This document shows positions 19,499 through 27,622 of a stretch of DNA of 64,000 nucleotides, one piece after another. Made by a program: the position numbers and the translations under genes. Below the pieces are notes generated by a model. It was not told the DNA's origin, did no database searches, and was given only the letters and a program-made list of their open reading frames with translations. The stretch comes from Salinispira sp. Lineage in GTDB: Bacteria > Spirochaetota > Spirochaetia > DSM-27196 > Salinispiraceae. Where the stretch lies: positions 800,001-864,000 of the forward strand of contig OZ271918.1 in the NCBI GenBank assembly GCA_965602015.1. Reading direction: 5' to 3'. Numbering within the stretch: the first letter of the stretch is position 1; each line of letters begins with the position of its first letter.

Positions 19499-20419
19499 AT
19501 GGTCGGTAATTTGGATCTTTTTTCCCGCAGGGCCGGTTTTAATTCGGCCCTGCGGCATTTCAAATTCACCACCGGCCTGATTGAACCGGTTACCCGGGGG
19601 GGCAATATCGCCGACCTCCTCAGGGAAGCCGAACTCAACGGGACAATTATCAAAGAACAGTTTTCACCAATACTTTCTGCGCTTCTCGTGGATAAATTCG
19701 AGTACTCCGTTGAGAGCCGGAACTGTCCGGTTCTTATAGATGATCCTTCAGACATCGTCGGCATTCTGAGCACATGGACGGCATTTCAAATCGTCATCGT
19801 CTATCAGCATCCCGAAGTCGGACCATTTCCCATCAATCCTCGCAATGCCGAATCCTGGGAGGCGGCGCTGCCCATACTCAAGGATGAGCTGATGGTGGCG
19901 TATATCAAAGACCTGAGCGGCAAGCACAGCAGCGAAGATGTCAAAGCGGCCCTCGGTTTGGTTCATGACGTTCTTGCGGGCCTATCGGTTGAAGCACCCA
20001 AAAGTTTTACCGCTTCGGGAGCTCCAAAACCCGCCCCGGCACCGGCCCCCAAACCCGCAGCTCAGGCTGCCGGGAAGCCTAAGGGTGCCTACCGGAAGAC
20101 GCCCCAGTACTCGGTTGTGGTAACCAATGAGCTTTTTCACAACGGAAATGTGGAGGCATGGAAACGCATTATTGCCTCCTATCGTCAGAGCTATCCTGAA
20201 CTGGACGTGCTTATCTACTACGACAATGAACGCATAAAGGACATAAACGCCCTGTTTAAGTGGGGGAAGGTCAAGCACGGAACGCCGATTCTTATATCCG
20301 TGGCCGGCACCAATATAAAAGACGTTTCCAAACTTCAGAGATATCTCTTCGAAGGTGCCAGTCCCCGTTTTGAAAATTTTCTCAAGGGAAGCATTGATCA
20401 GCCCCTTGAGCTCTTCTGA
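19499..20419 (+). CDS. two-domain protein with C-terminal HPr-like domain
   Basis: 5 nt after cfpA; Pro/Ala/Lys linker, then VVVTNELFHNG...DVLIYYDNERIKDINALFKWGKVKHGTPILISVAG aligning by eye with HPr (gene certain, fold inferred). Confidence 0.7.
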   Translation: MVGNLDLFSRRAGFNSALRHFKFTTGLIEPVTRGGNIADLLREAELNGTIIKEQFSPILSALLVDKFEYSVESRNCPVLIDDPSDIVGILSTWTAFQIVIVYQHPEVGPFPINPRNAESWEAALPILKDELMVAYIKDLSGKHSSEDVKAALGLVHDVLAGLSVEAPKSFTASGAPKPAPAPAPKPAAQAAGKPKGAYRKTPQYSVVVTNELFHNGNVEAWKRIIASYRQSYPELDVLIYYDNERIKDINALFKWGKVKHGTPILISVAGTNIKDVSKLQRYLFEGASPRFENFLKGSIDQPLELF

Positions 20420-20434
20420 TCCAGGAGCCATAGT

Positions 20435-23050
20435 ATGAACAGCTTTATCCATTTCGGCGACTCCCTGGGGCCCGAAAAGGGCAGCGAACGGGAAGTCCTC
20501 GGAAGCCGCGGCCGCCGTGCCGTATCCCTGGGCGAGCTGGAAATGCCCATATGCCCGGGTTTTGTGGTGCTTAATGAACAGGTCCAACGCCTTGCCGAAG
20601 ATCCCTCGCCGCTCATAAAACCGCTTAGCGAGTCGGTGGTCGCCATCGAAAAGGTCATGGACAAGAAATTCGGCGGCGGCGACAGTCCGCTTCTCCTGAA
20701 AGCCGTGGAATCTCCCATGCTGAACGTACAGAGTTCGCTGCCTTCGGTTCACCACATCGGGCTCACCGAGAAAACCGTAGAGATAGTCGGAAAAATGACC
20801 GGTGAGAAATTCGCGTATGCGGAATACGCTCATCTGCTGCAGAATATTCTCAAGCTTGAGGTTGCAGCCGTCGGTGAGGACGGCGAAAAAACCGCCTTTG
20901 AAGGCTACATAAAAAAACTCAAAAGCGCGAAGACTAAGGCCGCGGTAGTCAAGGCCATAAGTGAGAATCGGGACCTGCTTCCCGAAGAAGTCTATACCGA
21001 ACCGCTGTTTCAGCTCCAACACGTCATTCAACGGTTTTATCACGCATTGAAGCAGAGCCCCACCAGCGAGGATTCCGCGGTGATGGTTCAGGCCATGGTC
21101 TACGGGAATCTCGGCGAGAGTTCGGCTGCAGGGTATTTTTATACCCACCATATCGTCAGCGGCGAGGACCGGCTGCAGGGGCAGTTTTTTCCTTCGGCTT
21201 TTGACGAGTCGGCGAAAAATGGAAAAGCCATCGATAAAATCGACGCTGGAATCCTGGATTCTCTTAAACTGATAAGCCGGAAACTTGAGGACCACTTCAA
21301 AGAACTCCGCTTCGTGCGATTCGCCGTTGAGGCCGAGACCCTTTGGCTGGTTGATCAGTCATCGGTGCCGAACAAGTCCGCTCAGGCGGAAATCCGCACT
21401 CTGCTCGATCTGCTCGAACGGGGAGTGGTAAATAACGACTATCTCATCGAGAAGGTCAAACCTGGTCGGCTGTCGGAAATCCTTCACCCGACCCTCGATC
21501 CCGACTCGGTTGCTGACTTTCATTGCTTTGACGGCGGCATCGCCGGAGCCGTCGGGGCCGCCATCGGCCGGGTGTACTTCAGCGCCGAAGCCTTGGTGAC
21601 TGCCTTCAGACAGGCTCAACAGGCAGGCGAAGACACCAACATGATACTCGCCATGCCCGCCACCTTCGCGGGAGATGTGAAGGCGATCGAAATTGCCCAG
21701 GGTGTTCTCTCTTCCGAGGGCGGATACGCCTCTCACGCTCCGGTAGTTGCCCGGAGCTTGGGAAAAGTCGCCCTGGTGCGCACCGACGCGGTAATCGGCG
21801 CTAAGTCTCTTGATTTAAACGGAAAGGTCATAAAAGAAGGGGACTACCTCACCATGGACGTGCCGTATTACGAGGAACCCCGTTTATTCGTGGGCAAAGG
21901 AAGCCTCACCAAACCCAGTCAGGAAGAAAGCGGACTCCTTGAGTTCCTTGAGGTCGTCCAGACCAGGATATCGGGAATCGATGTTCACGCGAATGCAGAC
22001 CAGCCGCGGGATGCCCAGCTTTCCCGGAAATTCAACGCCCGGGGCATAGGGCTGTGTCGAACGGAACACATGTTTTTCGACGAGAGCCGCATAAACCGCT
22101 TCAGATACATGATTCTCGCAGATGACACGGAATCCCGGGTGAAATTTCTGGATGATCTGGCCAAGGATCAGACCGGTGATTTCTACGAGTTGCTGAAAAT
22201 TATGGACGGTTTTCCGGTAACCATTCGGCTGCTCGACGCGCCGCTTCACGAATTCCTTCCGGCCGACGATGCCGGCATGAAGGCCTTTATTGCCCAGGCA
22301 AAAAAGGACAAAACCGGGCTGACTGCCAAACACATTACCGAACGAAGCCAGCTTCTGAGAGAATTTAATCCCATGCTGGGCCATCGGGGTATTAGGGTTG
22401 CGATTTCCTATCCGGAAATCTACCGCATGCAGACCCGGGCGATTTTCGAAGCGGCATACAAGCTGCTTGATGAAGGTTTGGATCCCAAGCCTGAAATCAT
22501 GATTCCCCTGGTGATGAACCCCAATGAGCTGAAGGTAGTGCGCAACGGGAAGAAAATCGAAGGCAAACATATATTGGGCATCAGGGACATAGAAGAGCAG
22601 GTGCGTCGATCACATCCCGAAAAGAGCCTGGAGTACTCGGTGGGAACCATGATCGAATTACCCGCCGCGGCGTTAAACGCTTCGTCCATTGCCCGGTACG
22701 CCGACTTCTTTTCCTTCGGAACCAACGATCTGACACAGACCACCTACGGCATCAGCAGGGACGACTTCAATACCTTCTTCTCGGACTACACCGAGTTGGA
22801 CCTGCTGCCCGCCAATCCCTTCAAAGTACTCCAGCCGCAGGTTAAGGAGCTTGTGCAAACCGCTGCCCTGCGCGGACGTATGGTGCGGCCCGATTTGAAG
22901 CTCGGACTGTGCGGTGAACACGGAGCCGAGCCGCAGAACATCGATTTTATCGCCGAGACCGGATTGAACTACGTGTCGGTATCGCCCTACGGCATTCCGA
23001 TTGCAAAACTGGCCATTGCACAAATGAATTTACAGGCAGCCAAAGGCTGA
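20435..23050 (+). CDS. pyruvate phosphate dikinase-like PEP-utilising protein with degenerate nucleotide-binding domain
   Basis: GGYASHAPVVAR phospho-His motif; GIGLCRTEHMFF, IRLLDAPLHEFLP, NPMLGHRG, FSFGTNDLTQ, GLCGEHG intact; N-terminal ATP-site motifs substituted. Confidence 0.9.
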   Translation: MNSFIHFGDSLGPEKGSEREVLGSRGRRAVSLGELEMPICPGFVVLNEQVQRLAEDPSPLIKPLSESVVAIEKVMDKKFGGGDSPLLLKAVESPMLNVQSSLPSVHHIGLTEKTVEIVGKMTGEKFAYAEYAHLLQNILKLEVAAVGEDGEKTAFEGYIKKLKSAKTKAAVVKAISENRDLLPEEVYTEPLFQLQHVIQRFYHALKQSPTSEDSAVMVQAMVYGNLGESSAAGYFYTHHIVSGEDRLQGQFFPSAFDESAKNGKAIDKIDAGILDSLKLISRKLEDHFKELRFVRFAVEAETLWLVDQSSVPNKSAQAEIRTLLDLLERGVVNNDYLIEKVKPGRLSEILHPTLDPDSVADFHCFDGGIAGAVGAAIGRVYFSAEALVTAFRQAQQAGEDTNMILAMPATFAGDVKAIEIAQGVLSSEGGYASHAPVVARSLGKVALVRTDAVIGAKSLDLNGKVIKEGDYLTMDVPYYEEPRLFVGKGSLTKPSQEESGLLEFLEVVQTRISGIDVHANADQPRDAQLSRKFNARGIGLCRTEHMFFDESRINRFRYMILADDTESRVKFLDDLAKDQTGDFYELLKIMDGFPVTIRLLDAPLHEFLPADDAGMKAFIAQAKKDKTGLTAKHITERSQLLREFNPMLGHRGIRVAISYPEIYRMQTRAIFEAAYKLLDEGLDPKPEIMIPLVMNPNELKVVRNGKKIEGKHILGIRDIEEQVRRSHPEKSLEYSVGTMIELPAAALNASSIARYADFFSFGTNDLTQTTYGISRDDFNTFFSDYTELDLLPANPFKVLQPQVKELVQTAALRGRMVRPDLKLGLCGEHGAEPQNIDFIAETGLNYVSVSPYGIPIAKLAIAQMNLQAAKG

Positions 23051-23081
23051 GGCCGGCGGGCTGCTTCGGCACACAAACGTT

Positions 23082-23116
23082 AAAAACCGCGGGGTGCAAT
23101 CACTCCGCGGTTTTTT
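23082..23116. terminator. bidirectional intrinsic terminator
   Basis: AAAAA-CCGCGGGGTG-CAAT-CACTCCGCGG-TTTTTT between convergent genes. Confidence 0.8.
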
Positions 23117-23921
23117 CTATTTCATCACATAAACCGGACAGGGCTTTCAGCAGATATAGTTTGATGAGGGTCTCCGGAACGTAGCAGCTCTTGGGAAAAT
23201 TCGACAGGAGGAACATGAGGTTTTTCTCTGCGGCCGAGCGTGCTCCCGGGCATATCAGGCCTTGCTGTCTTTCCATTTTTAACAGGCCTCGATAAATCGC
23301 CCGGTCGAGGGAGGTGCTGCCGAGGCGATATAGCTTTTGGGCTTTCGCTTCGTCACCGATGTATACCTGATGCTCTTTTGGTTTGATCAGGAGGTTTTCA
23401 TAGAAGGCCTGGGCAAAGTCCCGTATACCCCGGATTTGCCGGTGCTGGATGGCCGACCCGGGCATTTCTCCGCAAAGAGCCAGGCTTTCGATGACGTGAG
23501 ACAGCTTGCGCATGAGAGCCCGGTAGCGCTGCCGCATGCTGCCCTCTTGCCGAAGATAAATCTTATCCATGCCTTCAACGTAGTAGCTGTGAATAAGATC
23601 GAGAATCATATCGTAAATATTGGCAATTCTCGCCTGGGTACCCAGGGAGTACCCCGAGTCCTGGGTGCTTTCGGGCTGGCTTTCCTCGTTTTCCCGGGAT
23701 TCGGCGCTTGCTTCGAGGCTCTCCTGGTATGCCAGTATGGCCTGGTACGCTTCAGTCAGCCGAATGGTCATCTGGTGTGACCAGTCGCTTCGGTGGCTGT
23801 TCAGATCCGGGTGATACTTTATCAGCAGCCGTTTGTACGAGGCGTTGATTTCCGCGGGAGAAGCGCTTTGCTCAATTTGGAGTATTTCGTAGGCTGCACT
23901 GACTTTCATCACTTTTTTCAT
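23100..23921 (-). CDS. J-domain (DnaJ-like) protein
   Basis: AYEILQI...EINASYKRLLIKYHPD...LTEAY; unknown helical C-terminal region. Confidence 0.85.
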   Translation of the reverse strand: MKKVMKVSAAYEILQIEQSASPAEINASYKRLLIKYHPDLNSHRSDWSHQMTIRLTEAYQAILAYQESLEASAESRENEESQPESTQDSGYSLGTQARIANIYDMILDLIHSYYVEGMDKIYLRQEGSMRQRYRALMRKLSHVIESLALCGEMPGSAIQHRQIRGIRDFAQAFYENLLIKPKEHQVYIGDEAKAQKLYRLGSTSLDRAIYRGLLKMERQQGLICPGARSAAEKNLMFLLSNFPKSCYVPETLIKLYLLKALSGLCDEIEKTAE

Positions 23922-23988
23922 CTTAATTCAGCACAGACAATCTTACAATGATTAGAATAGGGGTATTGATACTCGACGGAGGTAATGC

Positions 23989-24540
23989 ATGGGATTGCTT
24001 GAAACATTTAAGGCGTATCAGGAACATCGACTGCCCGACCAGTACGGGTACATCCTCTCGGTTTTTTACCATAATCATTCGACGTATACCCGGTATGAGC
24101 TCATTTCCTTCGGAAACGTCAAGGACATCTATACTTCCGATGAGGGGCTGGTTTTTTCCGCCGAGGGCAGGAAGCTTTATCTTCTCGTTCAGCCGGCGGG
24201 CTATCCTACAAGCCACATTGAACCGGCATACAGGCCCGATGCCGAGCGAATACCCTATCGCTTCAAGGAGCTCATAGATTACACCACGAACCGCCAGGAT
24301 CATGTATTTATCGGGGCCGAGCCCATTGTCACCTACACGAACTTCACTGTGCTCAAGCCAATCGGTCAGGATGTAAGCTATGTTTTTTTCCCCACGGAAA
24401 CTGTCAAGGAAGACATCCTCGAGTTTTTCCGAATTTCAATATGGAAACAGGCAAGGGTTCCCCAGTCCGACGCACGGAAACTGCTTGACCCCATAGGCAA
24501 GGTCTTCGACAAGTTGCGGCTATCCGACGGATCGTTTTAG
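23989..24540 (+). CDS. hypothetical protein
   Basis: GGAGG RBS; 183-aa ORF filling the gap between neighbouring genes. Confidence 0.75.
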   Translation: MGLLETFKAYQEHRLPDQYGYILSVFYHNHSTYTRYELISFGNVKDIYTSDEGLVFSAEGRKLYLLVQPAGYPTSHIEPAYRPDAERIPYRFKELIDYTTNRQDHVFIGAEPIVTYTNFTVLKPIGQDVSYVFFPTETVKEDILEFFRISIWKQARVPQSDARKLLDPIGKVFDKLRLSDGSF

Positions 24541-24558
24541 GGTCGACCGGAGATCTGC

Positions 24559-25083
24559 TTACTCTTCAAAGTTTTTTGCGGTCTCCCGGTGTTCCCGAGC
24601 CATTGTGACGTAGTCCGATGCGTTTTTTCTGATTTTCTCCAGCATCGCATCATCCACGTTTTTTACCGCCTTGGCCGGGCTGCCGATAATCAGTGATCGG
24701 GGAGGAAACCGTTTTCCTTCGGTAACCAGGGAGCCGGCGCCAACCACCGAACCCTCGCCGATGTCTGCACCATTGAGAATTATGGCTCCCATGCCGATCA
24801 GGCAGTCATCCCCGACGGTGCAGCCGTGAAGTATGACACTATGGCCTATGGTGACCCCGCTGCCGACGATGCACGGCTGCTCGTGGTCTACATGGAGCAC
24901 CGAATTGTCCTGAACGTTCGTCCTGCCGCCCACCCGGATCGGCGCCATGTCTCCCCTGAGGGTCGCCGAGTACCACACCCCGGTGTCCTGCCCGAGAACC
25001 ACATCGCCGACCACCTCGGCATTCCAGGCGATAAATTGCGCCGCCTCGGTCTGCGGTCGGATGTTCTTATAGCTGTGTTTCAT
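24559..25083 (-). CDS. gamma carbonic anhydrase family protein (hexapeptide repeat)
   Basis: LRGD..PI.VG..TNVQD.SVLH, TIGHSVILHGC; start placed at MKHSY, 7 nt after an extended -10 (an upstream in-frame ATG exists at 25116). Confidence 0.92.
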   Translation of the reverse strand: MKHSYKNIRPQTEAAQFIAWNAEVVGDVVLGQDTGVWYSATLRGDMAPIRVGGRTNVQDNSVLHVDHEQPCIVGSGVTIGHSVILHGCTVGDDCLIGMGAIILNGADIGEGSVVGAGSLVTEGKRFPPRSLIIGSPAKAVKNVDDAMLEKIRKNASDYVTMAREHRETAKNFEE

Positions 25084-25265
25084 AGACCGCATAGTATCAA
25101 CGGCTGCTTCGGACATTCAAGGGTTTTCGCTTCCTCCGCTACTCTTCCCGACAGGCGGTTCGGGCTGCTTGTCGATATGAGACTTCGACTGGGCCAGTTC
25201 CCATAGATGTTGTATGTGCTCAATATTCATGTCTGTCACGGTATCACGGAATGGGGACAGGCTGG

Positions 25266-26405
25266 CTACATGCCGCTGCGGGATTCCTCATGGCTCAGCT
25301 TGCCTAAGCGGACAATGCAGGCAGGTGATCCTGTCGGCAGTTCGGGCCCCGAAGCGCCTTCACAGCTGCCGGAGCCGGGGGAAAAACCTAAGGAACTGAT
25401 GCAATCACTGTCCTGATTGGCGATGAGCAATAGGCTTCCCTCGCCGTTGAATTCCATGTCCCTGGGGGTTTTTCCCCCGCAGGAAAACTCTCCGCCAGGG
25501 CTTAGCGCCGGGTTTCCTGACCCGATATAAAACACTGAGATGTGATCGGTAAATCTGTTGGCCACTGCCAGGCTTCTGCCGGAAGGGTGAACTTTGACTG
25601 CCGACGGTGCAGGGCTTATAGACATAGTCGCGGCCGCCGGGGAAGCTGAGTTCTCTGACCCGGCTGTACTTGGAATATCCTGAATGACTTTCAAGGCACC
25701 GGTTTTCACATGTATTTCAGCGGCTACTATTCGGGGAGCGAGCTCGCAGAGAATGTATGCCCGTGGGGTATGCCGGTTAAAAGCCAGGTGCCGAGGACCG
25801 TACCCCGGCGGGAGCTCCAATGCGGCTGTGGGCGGACCCGCAGGACGGCCGAGTGAATCTACACGAAAGGACCAAATCCTGTCAGTTCCCAGGTCGCAGA
25901 GATATAGGCAATCAGACCAGGGTGAGTGCAGGGCCTGGTGGATATGCGGGCCCTCCTGTCTTTCCGGGTCGGCCCCGGAGCCCTCAAAGGAGATCATCAT
26001 TTCCTCTGTTATATTCCCGTTATTGCCCACCCCGAAGGATGCAAATTTTCCAGCGCCGTATGATGATGCGTACAGAGCGTTCGAATTGGGTGCCAGACTG
26101 ATATGACAGAAATCGAAACCCGGGCCCTTCTTGCTTCCCATGTGGTCCATCTGGCCGTTGTTGCTGATGCGGTGCCAGTTTACCTGCCCCGGGTCGTCAC
26201 CGGCTTCGCTCGAAGAGTATAGAAGCCCCCGTGTCCCATCCCAGGCGGCGAAACTCGGGTTCTGGAGCGTGCTATCGGCATCACATGCGCTGAGAACCGA
26301 ACCCGCAGATGCGGCATCCAGGGCGATTAGCTGCAAACCCCTGCCTGCGGCCCGGGGAACATGGGGGAGGGAAGTCGTGTAACTGCCTACGGCGAAATAT
26401 TCCAT
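25266..26405 (-). CDS. lactonase family protein (YbhE/cycloisomerase-type beta-propeller)
   Basis: VGSYT, NPSF, RQEGPHIH, DLGTD, GPRHL, GKTPRD, ANQDSD. Confidence 0.9.
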   Translation of the reverse strand: MEYFAVGSYTTSLPHVPRAAGRGLQLIALDAASAGSVLSACDADSTLQNPSFAAWDGTRGLLYSSSEAGDDPGQVNWHRISNNGQMDHMGSKKGPGFDFCHISLAPNSNALYASSYGAGKFASFGVGNNGNITEEMMISFEGSGADPERQEGPHIHQALHSPWSDCLYLCDLGTDRIWSFRVDSLGRPAGPPTAALELPPGYGPRHLAFNRHTPRAYILCELAPRIVAAEIHVKTGALKVIQDIPSTAGSENSASPAAATMSISPAPSAVKVHPSGRSLAVANRFTDHISVFYIGSGNPALSPGGEFSCGGKTPRDMEFNGEGSLLLIANQDSDCISSLGFSPGSGSCEGASGPELPTGSPACIVRLGKLSHEESRSGM

Positions 26406-26568
26406 ATCCGCGATTCTATCACAGTCTTCGGCTCACAATGAAAAGAGAGGGCCGACATGTGTCCTGATTTGCCGGAGCTCTGGAGGATTATGTTGACGCC
26501 GCTTCCTCCAAAGAGGATAATTTAGGCTCTGCCCCGAAAACAGCTGATTTTCCGGGGGCATTTCAGGA

Positions 26569-27039
26569 GTGAACATGAATATCTGGTATATCCTGCTTGC
26601 GGTTCTGATAATTCTCCCGGTGCCGATGATTGTGCGGAACAACATGGTGCCGCGGAATCTCGGCCCGGATGACAGCGGCAGGCTCGGTGAGCTGCCTTCC
26701 AGTCCGAATGCAGTTTCAAGTCAAACCGATGATTTGTCCCGGAGGGTTGAACCCCTGCCGTTTATCGGAAGTCTCAGCGAAAGCCGTCAGCGGCTTGTGA
26801 GGGCCGCCGAAGCGTACGGACGGGTGCGGCTCATCAGGGACGAGCCCAACTACCTCCACATGGTGTTTACCACCGCATTGATGAGATACAAGGATGATGT
26901 GGAGTTTTTATTCGTTGAAGAAGACCGAACCATCCACGTGCGAAGCGCTTCGCGCATCGGGTATTCCGATATGGGGCTTAACAGAAGCCGCTATGACCAG
27001 TTGCGCCTTTTCTACTTGGAGAATCCCGAGCTTCCCTGA
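26569..27039 (+). CDS. DUF1499 family membrane-anchored protein
   Basis: N-terminal TM; P.SPNAVSSQ, DDVEF, VRSASRIGYSDMGLNR.R. Confidence 0.88.
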   Translation: MNMNIWYILLAVLIILPVPMIVRNNMVPRNLGPDDSGRLGELPSSPNAVSSQTDDLSRRVEPLPFIGSLSESRQRLVRAAEAYGRVRLIRDEPNYLHMVFTTALMRYKDDVEFLFVEEDRTIHVRSASRIGYSDMGLNRSRYDQLRLFYLENPELP

Positions 27040-27131
27040 GTTGTGAAGGCCTCTACAGGGTAATCCTACGCCCGGTCAAAGCGGCCGGCGTTTAAACCGC
27101 CATGTTACCTGCTGGTCACCTATTCACCTGC

Positions 27132-27521
27132 CTAAAGGTGATCTTCCATTTGCTTGTCCATCTGTTCGATGTGGTTGACCACTGATTCTTTAAATATGAG
27201 CAGTTGCTTTTTTACCTCATCGGTGGGATAGGTTTCGATGTGGTTTATCACTTCGTGAATCGATTCCCTGAGAATTTTATGCTCTTCGCGGTGTGCGCTG
27301 AGGTAATCCGGGGGCATTCCCGAATCGGTCATAAATTGTTCTTCTTCCAGAAAATGAACCGCCGCGTGTTTATAAATATCGATCATGAGGCTTAATAGTT
27401 GGGCACGGCTGGTCACAGACTCAACCTGTCCGAGGCGGTTTATTATTTCATCGTGGGCGTCATCTATTCTGCTATTATTGACCCGGGGAATAGCCGGTTT
27501 GCTTGCATCCATATTAGTCAT
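27132..27521 (-). CDS. bacteriohemerythrin (single domain)
   Basis: IDDAH, HFLEEE, H.EEH, HI...D di-iron ligand pattern; start could be 27533. Confidence 0.85.
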   Translation of the reverse strand: MTNMDASKPAIPRVNNSRIDDAHDEIINRLGQVESVTSRAQLLSLMIDIYKHAAVHFLEEEQFMTDSGMPPDYLSAHREEHKILRESIHEVINHIETYPTDEVKKQLLIFKESVVNHIEQMDKQMEDHL

Positions 27522-27622
27522 AGTATATCTCATAATCCTCGGTTTCTGTGCCAGATAATTACTACAGTAATATTCATGATCGTCTCGATATATACGGATT
27601 GGTGAGGCTGCCTTAGAAAAGG

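Noticed and set aside
17553..21295. long antisense ORFs (17553-18695, 19982-21295) opposite cfpA and the PPDK-like gene
   Set aside because: Shadow ORFs expected from codon bias; no motifs, and they fully overlap well-supported genes.
20435..23050. calling this gene canonical ppdK, or a pseudogene
   Set aside because: Loss of ATP-site residues argues against a canonical dikinase; the intact full-length ORF with conserved His and PEP domains argues against a pseudogene.
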